DNA of 64,000 nt, from assembly GCA_016194335.1 (NCBI GenBank), contig JACQBR010000001.1, forward strand, positions 19,460-83,459. Reading direction: 5' to 3'. Below, piece after piece: positions 10,325-20,400 of the stretch. The first letter of the stretch is position 1; every line of letters starts with the position of its first letter. Origin of the DNA: Candidatus Micrarchaeota archaeon. GTDB taxonomy: Archaea > Micrarchaeota > Micrarchaeia > Norongarragalinales > UBA97. The position numbers and the translations under genes were made by a program. The notes beneath the pieces were generated by a model, which was not told the origin of the DNA, did not search any database, and saw nothing but the letters and a program-made list of their open reading frames with translations.

Positions 10325-10813
10325 TCACTCCTGCAGGATTGCCTTCGCGATTAGGGCGTAAGTTTGCGCGTCACAGTACCAGCCGCTTGCAATCAGCCTG
10401 TCGAGCCACGTGATTCCTTCCCGCTGTGAAACGAGCTTTCTTCTCACGGCTTCTATGAGCAGTGCCGTTGAGTTTACCGTCTTTACTTGCCGCATTTGGG
10501 CAATCAGCCTGACTTCCCGGTCATCGGCTACCGCAATTGCCCGCAGTTCCTGCGCCAGATGGATTACGCTGGCGTCGGAGGCGCTTATTCCGTGGTGTTC
10601 TGGCGTTTTTCCCGAAAACGGCTTCACCCCGATTTTCCCGTTTTCGAAGGATTCTTTGAGAAGTTGGGCGCCGGGATGCAGGACGCCCTTGGGCAGCACT
10701 TCATCAACAACCTGAGGGGTGGTTACGAATTCGTGATTGAGCCTAAAGGCCGTTTGAAGAAAACCGGTTCTGGAGAAGTGAATCAACGGCGTTGAGTCAA
10801 GCACGAGCAGCAC
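10325..10813 (-). CDS. PIN-domain protein (COG2405/DUF3368-like), putative toxin
   Basis: 162 aa; N-terminal LVLDSTPLI PIN-like start with acidic residues; paired with UPF0175-like gene immediately upstream on same strand. Confidence 0.55.
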   Translation of the reverse strand: MLLVLDSTPLIHFSRTGFLQTAFRLNHEFVTTPQVVDEVLPKGVLHPGAQLLKESFENGKIGVKPFSGKTPEHHGISASDASVIHLAQELRAIAVADDREVRLIAQMRQVKTVNSTALLIEAVRRKLVSQREGITWLDRLIASGWYCDAQTYALIAKAILQE

Positions 10814-10827
10814 GGGCCCACCTCATT

Positions 10828-11136
10828 TCAGCCCACGAGGAGCTTCATTTCCTTTTCAAGCTCTTCCCGGCTGATTCGGATGTGTTCGACCTTGCGTTCC
10901 CGCACGAGGTCTATCATTTCCCACACTGAAACTCCGGCAAACCTAGCGGCGGCGCTTAGGGAAAGCCTGCCTTCCCGCAGTTCCGCCAGCGCCTCTTCCT
11001 TCCTCCACTCTGCAAGGCCCAACTCAAGAATCTTCCTGGTGGCGGAGGACTTGTCCAGCCCCTCCCTGTGCATCACTTGCCTGAGCTTGCGCTCGTCCCC
11101 CTCGGGAAGCCGCGCTGCAACCGTCACGAAAGCCAA
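10828..11136 (-). CDS. UPF0175-family putative antitoxin
   Basis: 102 aa; 14 nt upstream of PIN gene; helix-rich small protein matching the UPF0175 partner of COG2405 PIN proteins. Confidence 0.5.
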   Translation of the reverse strand: MAFVTVAARLPEGDERKLRQVMHREGLDKSSATRKILELGLAEWRKEEALAELREGRLSLSAAARFAGVSVWEMIDLVRERKVEHIRISREELEKEMKLLVG

Positions 11137-11287
11137 TCAGACCAACCCTGTTTGCGTTTCAATATAATCGTAAACGGCCGCCTATTTATCCGTTTCCTTC
11201 CAGACCGCTCCGCAGACCGGTGCAGCCGCCTGATTTCTTCAGTTTGCTATTTTAACCGCCGTCGCCTAATTGCTGCGAGTGCGCTTT

Positions 11288-12013
11288 ATGGCAGTTAAAA
11301 GGCGGGGGCAGGCGTCGTGGGGCGTGATGGAAGTGCTAATCGCCGTCATCCTCCTTGGGATGAGCATGGCAATCGTCTTCTACGCCCTGCGAGAGTTTGA
11401 CAAGACAAAGTGCGTAATCGAGCTGAAGTCCAATACCATAGAGTTGCAGAACGCATTGCTTGACGTCGCGCTGGGAGCGCCGCCCACCACGAGGCGGGTT
11501 GTCTACAAGCTGCCCGCCTGCGGCGACACGACCGTTGAGGGAATCCGCTTTGCCTACTACCCAACTTCCGCCTTCTGCCGCATCTGCCCCGGGCAGTTCA
11601 ACGGCTGCTGGATTGCCGAGCCCACGGTTTACGACCGCAGACAGGACAAGTACTACCGGCTTGAGGACGCGTCGGTGTGCATCAACATGCCGGCGAACAT
11701 CGACTTGATACCCAACGATGCGGGTGCGTGTAGGTACACGAACGATGGATTTCACTTCAACCAACTTCCATGCCCGCCTTACACGCTTGACCGTACTACG
11801 CCATATGACCCGGCCAGCTGTAAGAAAATGGCTCCCCTTCCGCAAACCACGGACTTCGCAGGAGTCTATGAAGGAACAAGCAATAGCGCGCATTTCTCCA
11901 GCTTCGGCAGGCTCAACAACGATCCGCGCGTGGTTTTCTTCACCTTCAGCAAATCCTCCCAGCCGGGGGTCAATCCGCAAATCAAGATTTGCGCCTCGGA
12001 CAAGGTGGGCTAA
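11288..12013 (+). CDS. pilin-like protein (class III signal peptide)
   Basis: MAVKRRGQASWGVMEVLIAVILLGMSMAIVFYAL from internal Met of ORF 11270..12013. Confidence 0.55.
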   Translation: MAVKRRGQASWGVMEVLIAVILLGMSMAIVFYALREFDKTKCVIELKSNTIELQNALLDVALGAPPTTRRVVYKLPACGDTTVEGIRFAYYPTSAFCRICPGQFNGCWIAEPTVYDRRQDKYYRLEDASVCINMPANIDLIPNDAGACRYTNDGFHFNQLPCPPYTLDRTTPYDPASCKKMAPLPQTTDFAGVYEGTSNSAHFSSFGRLNNDPRVVFFTFSKSSQPGVNPQIKICASDKVG

Positions 12014-12069
12014 TGAGGCGCGAAGGAATGGAAATGGGAGTTGCCCGTGCGACACGCCGGCCGGGGGGA

Positions 12070-12735
12070 ATGAGGCGCGGCGACGCGGCAATGTGGACGC
12101 TGACGAAAATCGCCATGATTTTTTTCATCGGCGCGCTTGCAGCCATCGTGATGGTCGCGGGGGGTTACGAGCGCACGGGATTGTGCAACGAGCAGGCGCG
12201 GCTGATAAGTTCGCGCGTTTCGGGCGCATTGAGCCAGCTTTTCGCATCGCCGCTGGAGGACGAGCGGAGGCTCATCAGCCTCGAGCCGTCGCTTGCGGTG
12301 GGAGAGGGGAAATACTCGCGGTATGCGGTTAAACTCGCCCGCCACATCGCCACCGCGCCTTCTTACAATTCGCTCATCGTCACGACGGTAAGCGACCTCG
12401 ACCCCAATTGCGCGGGCAGCGCTTCGGTGACATATCCGAAAGTTTTTGACCAAGACCCGACCAAAGGCAGCCTGCTTCTCATTCCCGTATCCGCCCCTGC
12501 GGGCGTGCGTTCGGGAAATGGCCCCGCCCCTCTCAAGGACTGGATTGTGGCCAGGCCGTCCGTACTGAACCCTGATGTTTATGGCCCGCGCAGCACTTTC
12601 ATCTCCATAGTGAAATGCACGGAAAAGAACACCAAGAAAACGGAGCATTACCTTATTCAGGATTGCAGCAATGACAAGGGCAAAGACTGCCTAAACTTGG
12701 ACACTTCCCTTCCCGCAGAGTGCAAATTCAACTGA
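12070..12735 (+). CDS. pilin-like protein (class III signal peptide)
   Basis: MRRGDAAMWTLTKIAMIFFIGALAAIVMV from internal Met of ORF 11989..12735; start choice uncertain. Confidence 0.5.
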   Translation: MRRGDAAMWTLTKIAMIFFIGALAAIVMVAGGYERTGLCNEQARLISSRVSGALSQLFASPLEDERRLISLEPSLAVGEGKYSRYAVKLARHIATAPSYNSLIVTTVSDLDPNCAGSASVTYPKVFDQDPTKGSLLLIPVSAPAGVRSGNGPAPLKDWIVARPSVLNPDVYGPRSTFISIVKCTEKNTKKTEHYLIQDCSNDKGKDCLNLDTSLPAECKFN

Positions 12736-12745
12736 GGTTTCAAGA

Positions 12746-13267
12746 ATGAGAAAAGGAGCAATTTCCCCCATTGCCGACGACATTCCCAGCATATTCCCAA
12801 TCGTGGCGTCGGTCCTCCTCTTCCTCGGGGCGGTGGCCTACGCCGGCGGGGTGATTAACGAGCGCAACGACTACCTTGAAATCAGCAAGGCGGGGTTGGG
12901 GCTTTCCGACGTGGTGCTCGCCAAGGGGTATTTGGGCAATGACGATTTCAAGAGCCAGTGTTCCGTTTCCTACACCGAGTTTGCCAAGCGCAAATCGGTG
13001 AAGTTCTTCATCTCGCTCAAGAAATTCTGCAGGTACGTGGATTTCAGCAGCGCCCAGAATCCATTCGTGCCAGTCACTCGCTATAATGGCGTCCCCCCGA
13101 ATGACTATAGCGTGACCGGGCTGGTTTGCCCAACAAGCGGCGTGGTGGGGCCGTCAGGGCCGCCAACCAAGAACTTCCAGTCGCTGGTGTTTCCCGTTGC
13201 GGTTGACTGCAAGGCTGACGGCTCGCAGAAAGGGTTGGGCGTGGTTACCATCGTGGTTTGGAGATGA
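12746..13267 (+). CDS. pilin-like protein (class III signal peptide)
   Basis: MRKGAISPIADDIPSIFPIVASVLLFLGAVAYA; 173 aa. Confidence 0.5.
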   Translation: MRKGAISPIADDIPSIFPIVASVLLFLGAVAYAGGVINERNDYLEISKAGLGLSDVVLAKGYLGNDDFKSQCSVSYTEFAKRKSVKFFISLKKFCRYVDFSSAQNPFVPVTRYNGVPPNDYSVTGLVCPTSGVVGPSGPPTKNFQSLVFPVAVDCKADGSQKGLGVVTIVVWR

Positions 13268-13352
13268 GGCGGTTAGGTGAAGAGATTCGGCAGTGGGAAT
13301 TCTGGAAAGTGAAACGGCAATTTGATGATGGCTGATGATATGGAGAAGAAAG

Positions 13353-14288
13353 ATGGAACGAAGCCAAGCGGCATTGTTTGACGGCATCATGCTTCTGCTC
13401 TTCGCCTCGGCGTCAGTGGCGATGCTCTACTCGTTCCTCAACGGCTACGGCGTGGCGCAGGACAACGCGCTGCGCTCGGCGTACGTCTCGGCCTACCTTC
13501 AGGACGTGGGAAAGTCGATTTTCTACATCAACGCGGCGAGCCTTGCGGACGTGGCGCGCACGGACGTGCAGGTGACGATGTTGGAAACATTCAAGAAGGA
13601 TTCCGAAGCCTCCAACCCCAATGTCCTGTGCAATCCCGCAAGCAAGGACGGCTGCCCCTACGCCGACCTCGCCACTCCCAGCCCGTCTTCAGATCAGGGC
13701 TGTGGAGTGCTGCGCAAGTTCGGCATTTCCTCGGTTGCGGATTTGCTCAAGAAGGACTTGGGGGACAAGGGAGGTGGTTTGGACATTATCCAAGGCGAGC
13801 CATTCACGATTCCACATCCAGACGGCAGCAGGCAAACCGAGCACCGGCCTAACGTCTGTTTCGACGACAAGTTCGGGCATCCGACACCAGTTGCGTTCCC
13901 CCAGAATTGCATCAGCCACGGGTCGGATCCCTCGCTCAAGGCCAGATGGGATGCGGTTCCCACCGTTCCCGGTAAGACGGCATTGCGCTGCGCAATGAAG
14001 GAACTGATGAAGCCGTTCGAGCAGGCGGGCTACAAGTATTTCGTCGATGTTCTTGACAACAGCGCCAATCCCGTGTATCAGCAGCTGGTTTCCGAAGGCG
14101 GCTACAGGATTACCAACCACTGGCAGGCGGACGCGGAAGGCTGGATTGATTGCCAGGACGCAATTAACAAGGGGCTGACCGACCGCCTGACTTCCGTCGC
14201 GATTCCCTTCCGCGTCACCGACTCCACGACGCTTTCAAGCCTCGACTCGTACCAGCTGCGCATCTGCATCTGGCCCGGCAGGAAATGA
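13353..14288 (+). CDS. pilin-like protein (class III signal peptide), larger minor pilin
   Basis: MERSQAALFDGIMLLLFASASVAMLYSFL from internal Met of ORF 13335..14288; Cys-rich C-terminal domain. Confidence 0.5.
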   Translation: MERSQAALFDGIMLLLFASASVAMLYSFLNGYGVAQDNALRSAYVSAYLQDVGKSIFYINAASLADVARTDVQVTMLETFKKDSEASNPNVLCNPASKDGCPYADLATPSPSSDQGCGVLRKFGISSVADLLKKDLGDKGGGLDIIQGEPFTIPHPDGSRQTEHRPNVCFDDKFGHPTPVAFPQNCISHGSDPSLKARWDAVPTVPGKTALRCAMKELMKPFEQAGYKYFVDVLDNSANPVYQQLVSEGGYRITNHWQADAEGWIDCQDAINKGLTDRLTSVAIPFRVTDSTTLSSLDSYQLRICIWPGRK

Positions 14289-14492
14289 GTTATAGCGGAG
14301 AGCATTGATTTTGGAACTTTTACCGTAAGGTTCGGGGTTGATGTCGATAGGGCTAACGCCTTCAGGTATGCAGAAAAGTCCAATTATTTGAGCGTTCCGC
14401 TATAATGGCAAATAACAAAAATATTGGTACTTTTTAACGACCCTTCACGAGGTAGATGAAGTACAATTATTTTTGCAATCAGCTATAAGAGT

Positions 14493-15656
14493 TCATCCGT
14501 TTTTCTTGATGTCCACTTCCTCGTTGCAGTGGGGGCAGACGTAAGTGAGCTTGCCCGCGTCGGCCTTTATGCCGGCCGCGCAGCTGGCGCACATCGCCCC
14601 GCCGCAGTAGGGGCAGAAGACCGTGCGCTTGGTGGCCTTGCGGCAGTTGGGGCAGGCGGCATCTGAGGCGGTGGAAGCGGAAGGCGGATTTGCGGGCGCG
14701 GACGCTTGCGGGGAGGGCGGCTTTTCGCCTGCAGCCGCCTCGAGCTGGTCAAATAGGCTGTTTCCCTGGGATGGCAGTTGGGGTGCGTTCTCCCCCGCGG
14801 GCATTGAGGCAATTTCGCCGAAAAGCGATTTTTCTTCAGTTGCCGAGAGCTTGTTTTTTTCAGCGGTTTCCCTGCGTTCCGGCTCACGTTGCGATGGTTG
14901 CGGCTTCGGTTCAACTTGCCTTCCCTGCCTGCTTTCCTGCGCCTGCTGCGGGGGTTGGGCCGCGGGTTTCCGGTTTGCAATCTTTTGCTGCACGAGAAGC
15001 TCCTCGGCCATCAGGTCGACGTTGTCCTCGGGTTGGGGCTCCTCGGTTTTGGCGGGCTCCGCGACGGCTTCGGCCTGTTCGGCTGGCGGTTGGGCATGCG
15101 CTTCGCTTTCCGCAGGTGCGGCGCGCCTCTCCCTGTCGAGGTAGAGCCTGTGCTGGGGCCTTGAGTAGTCCACGAACTTTTTCTGCGATTCCGTCTTCAC
15201 TTCGGGAAGGGAGGTTTCGGAAGGCGGCCGGTTATCCCTCTCAATTTCGGGTTGTTCATTGTCTTTCCCAGCGTCGGGCGGTTGGCTGTTTGCCGAGGAT
15301 TCCGGCGGCGTTTCCGCCTGCGTTGTTTGGGTTGTGGCGGTTGCGGAGTCGTTCTCTTGTGCCGGGGTTGCCTGCAGGGCGGTTGTCGGATTATTTCCTT
15401 GCGCAGGGGGGGTTTGATTGTTGTACGGCGGCGAGGGAGGCCTGGGGATGGGTGGGATGATTCCCCTCATTCCCCTTCCCTCTTGGGATTGCGCAGGAGG
15501 GTTGAGCGCGCCGCGGTTGATGGTGAACTGCGCGGGCCGGTCATCTTGTTTTGTTCGTTCTCGCATTTCCCCCTGCCCGTCGGCATTCTGCGCCTTGAGG
15601 GCAAGCAGCCTTTTTTTCACTTCATCCATCGATTGCGAATCAAGGGGCATTTGCAA
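14493..15656 (-). CDS. low-complexity P/Q/E-rich protein with C-terminal double zinc ribbon
   Basis: 387 aa; C-terminus CPNCRK..CPYCGG..CASC..CPHCNEE (four CxxC pairs); ~300 aa compositionally biased linker; N-terminal 40 aa non-biased. Confidence 0.5.
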   Translation of the reverse strand: MQMPLDSQSMDEVKKRLLALKAQNADGQGEMRERTKQDDRPAQFTINRGALNPPAQSQEGRGMRGIIPPIPRPPSPPYNNQTPPAQGNNPTTALQATPAQENDSATATTQTTQAETPPESSANSQPPDAGKDNEQPEIERDNRPPSETSLPEVKTESQKKFVDYSRPQHRLYLDRERRAAPAESEAHAQPPAEQAEAVAEPAKTEEPQPEDNVDLMAEELLVQQKIANRKPAAQPPQQAQESRQGRQVEPKPQPSQREPERRETAEKNKLSATEEKSLFGEIASMPAGENAPQLPSQGNSLFDQLEAAAGEKPPSPQASAPANPPSASTASDAACPNCRKATKRTVFCPYCGGAMCASCAAGIKADAGKLTYVCPHCNEEVDIKKNG

Positions 15657-15671
15657 GGCTCACCGAAAATG

Positions 15672-16358
15672 TCACTTGATTCCCATTTCGTCCATTATTT
15701 CCTCGAACGTCTTCCTTCTCACGGGGCCCGCAACTGGCAGTTCCTTTGCGGGTTTTTTTGAGGCCGGTGAAACGTTCCGGATGTCGGGAGGCGCAATCCC
15801 GTCCATGCTCTTCCCGCGCGGAACGTTGGGAATTCCGGTTGCCTCAAGCGTGCTTGGAGATTTCAAAGGGGACTGCCATTCCCGCTGATTTGAAGATGCG
15901 AATGCCAGTTCTTCCTGCGGTTTCCTGATTGTCTGCGGGACGGTTGCGGGGCGCACTGCGCCGCCGGCTCTTACGACCTTCACTTCAGGTTCCGGGGCAA
16001 CAGGCGCGGCGGGACGGGCGGGAGTGCGCGTTTTCGGCCAAACCGAATCAAATGCCCTCAGTGCGAGGGCCGCAATTGTGCAGAAGGCAAGAAGCAAGGC
16101 GGCGAACTCACCGGAAGAGGAGAGCGCGGCTTGGCGGCCTGAAACAACAAGGTCAATTCCGAATGCAGCCAGCACGGCAACTATCCCCACAACCGCCCCG
16201 TAGCCCATCTTGGATGCAGCGTCCCATTCCCGCGAGCGTTTAACCCCAAGCCTCACCAGGGGATAGCCTATTGAGAATGCCCCCGCCATGAAGGCGAGGT
16301 AGAATGCGCCCGTTGATACCGCGTCGGCCATGTTGATGAGTAGAAGAGAGCTAGGCAA
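15672..16358 (-). CDS. membrane protein (3-4 TM) with disordered C-terminal tail
   Basis: 228 aa; 16 nt upstream of zinc-ribbon gene on same strand (likely operon); hydrophobic N-half, P/A-rich C-half. Confidence 0.5.
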   Translation of the reverse strand: MPSSLLLINMADAVSTGAFYLAFMAGAFSIGYPLVRLGVKRSREWDAASKMGYGAVVGIVAVLAAFGIDLVVSGRQAALSSSGEFAALLLAFCTIAALALRAFDSVWPKTRTPARPAAPVAPEPEVKVVRAGGAVRPATVPQTIRKPQEELAFASSNQREWQSPLKSPSTLEATGIPNVPRGKSMDGIAPPDIRNVSPASKKPAKELPVAGPVRRKTFEEIMDEMGIK

Positions 16359-16396
16359 TAAAAAGGTTGGCGGCGTAATGCCTTGGCGCGTATTTC

Positions 16397-16648
16397 ATGC
16401 CTGCGGACCTCATTACCGAAGCTTGGCTCGTACTGCTGCTTTCCCTAGTGCTCTCCGGCCTCGCCCTCCCGTTCGTGTTCGTCTTCTCCTTCGTGCAGTC
16501 TTATTTCGAAAGCCGCAACCCGAAGGCCCCCCGCGTGCTCCTCATGGCACTCACCACTTTCCTCGCCGTCCTGTGCGCAGTGGCGCTTCTGGAGATTTAC
16601 CTCGGCTACACAATCGGCGACCTCGCCGGCGCCCTTGCGCCAAAATAA
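16397..16648 (+). CDS. small hydrophobic protein (2 TM)
   Basis: 83-aa ORF, two hydrophobic helices; no homology signal. Confidence 0.3.
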   Translation: MPADLITEAWLVLLLSLVLSGLALPFVFVFSFVQSYFESRNPKAPRVLLMALTTFLAVLCAVALLEIYLGYTIGDLAGALAPK

Positions 16649-16791
16649 GCCCCCTCCTCCCGCAAACCCTCTCCGCAAGGGATTTCACACTTTTTTTCGC
16701 AGGCGGGCAGGCGACCTTTTTCATCCCAGGCCGCCAGGCGGCATTCTTGTGTTTTGGCCATTGACACGAAAGGAAACTTATTTATCCCAGT

Positions 16792-17088
16792 ATGAACAAT
16801 CATACTGCTATGACCAATCGTATGCGGACCGTAATCCTCAACGACCGGGGGCAGATTGTCATTCCGGAGGAAGTGAGGGAGGGAATGGGCCTCAAGCCCG
16901 GCGAGGCGCTCGTGCTTCTTGAGGTGGGCAAGGAAATCCTCCTTAGGAAAGAGGCGTCGGTGGTCAGGGACCTGGTGGAGATTGAGGGCGAACGGCGCTT
17001 CTGGAGGGCATTGTCGGAAAAGTCGCTTGAACGGGCGTGGGACCGCGAGGATGAGGCTTGGGAAAAGCACGCCCCGGCAAGAGGGTGA
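16792..17088 (+). CDS. mazE: AbrB/MazE/SpoVT-family antitoxin
   Basis: GQIVIPEEVREGMGLKPGEALVL swapped-hairpin motif; overlaps downstream toxin gene. Confidence 0.7.
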   Translation: MNNHTAMTNRMRTVILNDRGQIVIPEEVREGMGLKPGEALVLLEVGKEILLRKEASVVRDLVEIEGERRFWRALSEKSLERAWDREDEAWEKHAPARG

Positions 17089-17093
17089 TTGCG

Positions 17094-17429
17094 ATGCGCC
17101 AGGCGGACGTTTATTGGCTAAGTTTTCCTTATTCCGACCTCGGCGGGGAAAAGCACCGCCCCGCACTCGTCATTTCCAACGACGGCTACAACCGCCAGGG
17201 CGATGACATTTTCGTCTGCGCGATTACGACGAACCTCTCCAAAAGGCCCTTTTCCGTCCCTCTGGAGCCGAAGGACTTTTCCGAAGGCAGTTTGCCCCTT
17301 CCCAGCCGGGTGAGGTGCGACAAGATAATGAGCGTGGAAAAGGGATTGCTCTACAAGAAGGCAGGCCGCGTTTCCGACGCAAAGTTCGGCCAAGTCGGGA
17401 GGCAATTGGCCCTGCTCATCGCCCGTTAG
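17094..17429 (+). CDS. mazF: MazF/PemK-family endoribonuclease toxin
   Basis: MRQADVYWLSFPY..GGEKHRPALVISNDGYN..DIFVCAITTN signature; start at internal Met of ORF 17058..17429. Confidence 0.8.
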   Translation: MRQADVYWLSFPYSDLGGEKHRPALVISNDGYNRQGDDIFVCAITTNLSKRPFSVPLEPKDFSEGSLPLPSRVRCDKIMSVEKGLLYKKAGRVSDAKFGQVGRQLALLIAR

Positions 17430-17495
17430 CCATCCGTGATTTGCTCTCAAATCCGCTTGTTATTTAAATTCCGCGATGCTATTCTAAACCTTAGG

Positions 17496-20400
17496 ATGCG
17501 CCCTGCCCACTTCACGGTTTTCGTCTTCATCCTCCTAGCCGCGGAAATCGTTTCTCCCTTCGCTTTTGCCCAGCAATCCCCCTCTCCGACGGAGAGTTCG
17601 CGTTCCATCCCAATAGCTTCGAGCTTTCCCGCCTCACCGCCCCAAGACGCGCAAGGCGCTTCCCCCTTCACGGGCCTTCAGGTGGCGGGCCAAGCGGGAG
17701 GCTCAAGCGGGTTAACCTCAAGCGGCGCAGCATCTTCCGGCGTACCATCGACTTCCTCTTCATCAGCCCCAGCTTCCGCCATTCCCCCCTCAACCGCGCC
17801 AGTCCAAGTCGGCGCTTGCGTGATTAGCGAACTCACCCCCCAGCAGTCGCTCAACTTCCTCAATGCCGTGAGCGGATTCACGGGAAAGGAAGTTACCGAC
17901 CGCAGCGACGCCTCCCTGCGCAAGAACGCAACCACGAGCCCCACGCAAATCGTGAATGTCTACAACTTTCCCGTAGAGGACAGTGCGAGCTTCATGAAGC
18001 TGGGCCAACTTGCCCAAATCACCGGCAGGGGCGCAAAGGAACTTGCCGACGAGCTGGGCGTGGATGACGATAAGGACGCCGACGGCAAGGTGACAACGCC
18101 TGCCGCGGATAAGGAAGTCACCGTCGCGCAGGCAAGCGCGCTCGTGCAGAAGGACCCCAAGCTCTCCGGCCTGTTGGGGCAAATCCGCGCGGCGGCGCAG
18201 ACGAAAAAAAACGTCGCCACCGGCCCGGGTTTTGAGGACCTCAAAGTCACTCTCCCAAACGGGAAGGAAGTGCAGCTTTCCGAGATGTTCAAGCTTCAGA
18301 AGCTGCGCGCCAGCCCGGGGCAGAAAAACTCCTGCCTTGTCGACAACGCCGACATCCGCGGCAAACTCACCTACAACGCGCTGCTGGACAAGAGCTTAAT
18401 CATGGGAGCTCTCAAGTCCAACCTGAGTTCGGATGAATACGACAACTCCAACACCGACCATTTGGGCACTGATTACATCCGGGCGGGCATCAACAGTTAC
18501 GACGGCAACATCGTAATTCCGCACGAATACGAGCGTGCAGTGATGGAAATGGGTTCATGGGTAGGTTGGGACATCATTCTCTCCTCCGCACTTGCAATAG
18601 GCTCATTTTACGACGTGAAATTCGCGGAGAAAAACCTCGCGAACACCGAAAAGCAGATTGAGGCCAGCAAGGAGACGGCAGACACGTTCAGGTACATCCT
18701 CAGCCAGCAGGGAAGCAGGACGCCCACGGGCGACGCTATAGGCCAGCGCATCAGGCAGGCTTACGGCCGGGCGGGAATCGGAAACCTCGCAAGGATGACC
18801 GAGGGAGAGGTGACTGAAATCAAGGCGCCGATCAAGGCGTTTCTTGAAGATAAGCTAGCCACGGGGGCTGGAAAGACCGAACTCGCAACGCTTTTTGAAT
18901 CGAAGGGATGGGACAAGAGCAAAATAGAGGCCGTAACTGCCGGTTCGGCTTCACCTTCGGAAATTGAGGAATTAAGCAAGGAAGTTTCTGGCAACATCGC
19001 GGGCCAGAAAGACATCGCATCGCAAGTGAGTTCGATTTACGATTTCGTGCCGAAAAAAAGCGCGGTGGAAGGGCTCACAAAGCAGGTCAGCAATATCGAC
19101 GAGTCGCTGGTGGAACTGGGTTCTTCCACCGTGAACAAGCTTTCTCTTGAAAACAAGCTGAAGGCAAGCGGTATGGAAGAGCAGGTGAAATCCGTTTTTG
19201 GCAAGCCGACCATTTCCGACGCTATTACGGAGGCACTTAGCGCCCCTGCGGAAACCGGCAAGCTGGAGAAGCTGCTTAAGGACGGCAGGCTTGAAACGCA
19301 AAACCGCATTTCATTTCTGGACCAATACGGCATTTCTTCGGGCGAGGAGGCAATCCAGTCCAAGCTCGGAAAGCAGGCGGGGCTTGAGGACGCGCAGGCG
19401 CGGCTGCAGAGCGAGCAGGCGATTGCGGAGAAGGCATTTTCACTGGGCAAGCGGCGCGCGTGGACCAACATCGTGATGGGCACGCTCTGGCTTGGTCCGG
19501 GCAGGCTGGGGCTCGAGTTGGCTGGCGTGATTACGCTCTCAAGCGTCGGGAAGCCGTCGGAGCGCACGGGCGATTACCTGAAGATTTTTGCCAACAGCAA
19601 GCCCGCCGAGGCGTTCAGGAAGGGCACGGACGTTCTTCTCATCGGCCATTTTCTTGAAACCATTTCCAACTTCCTTCCAATCACCGCGCCTTCCAAAGTC
19701 TATCAGATGGATGACGTGGTTTTCACCCAAGTGCCCGGCGATACCGGCAAGGAGACCCAAGCTTTCACCTCCATACGGCAAGTCCAAGGAGATTGGAATG
19801 TCAACACCAACTGGCCCGGCGATTCAACCTCAACCGCATTTGAGGACGTGCGGGACGGCAAGGCCGTGACTACGATGGCGGTTGCGACCAACAACCTCGC
19901 AATCGGAGGGACATTCAAGCGCAAGGCGGAAGGGACGGAGTATTACAAGAGCCTCCTTTACATCGCGCCGCTTTTGGGCTGGCGGCTGCTTGGGGACAAG
20001 ACCGCCGAAATCAGGGGCTTGCAGACTATTCTTCAGATTGAGGGGCTGCAGTATTACATAGAGAAAATCGTCGACCCGTCCGCGTTTAGCGGCAAGGACG
20101 CATGTTCTGACGAGCAGCTTGACTCTTACGTCAACGGTTTCAAGGCTGCCACTACCGCCACAATTGCGGAGCAGGTGATTTTCTTCTCGCCATTCTCGCC
20201 CGAATTCGCGCCTGTTGTAACATTACTCAAGACCATAGGTCCCATCAATGCAGTTTCGAAAAGCTGGCCGGGGTTGGCGCTTTCAAAAGCCGGCACCATT
20301 TATTCAAGGGTGGGTCCGTTTGTCGACCCGTTCGAGGCGTGGAAGCAGACCGCGCAGTCGCGCGTGTACAACTACGCCCTCAATTGCAAAGACTCCGCCT

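Noticed and set aside
11336-12648. Minus-strand ORFs 11336..12091 and 12010..12648 overlapping pilin genes
   Set aside because: They are antisense to plus-strand pilin-like genes, which have clear class III signal peptides. They are Arg-rich spurious frames.
14690-15460. 256-aa plus-strand ORF (and 14623..15144) antisense to the zinc-ribbon gene
   Set aside because: They are R/A/P-rich mirror frames of a low-complexity gene. The minus-strand frame has the zinc-ribbon motif.
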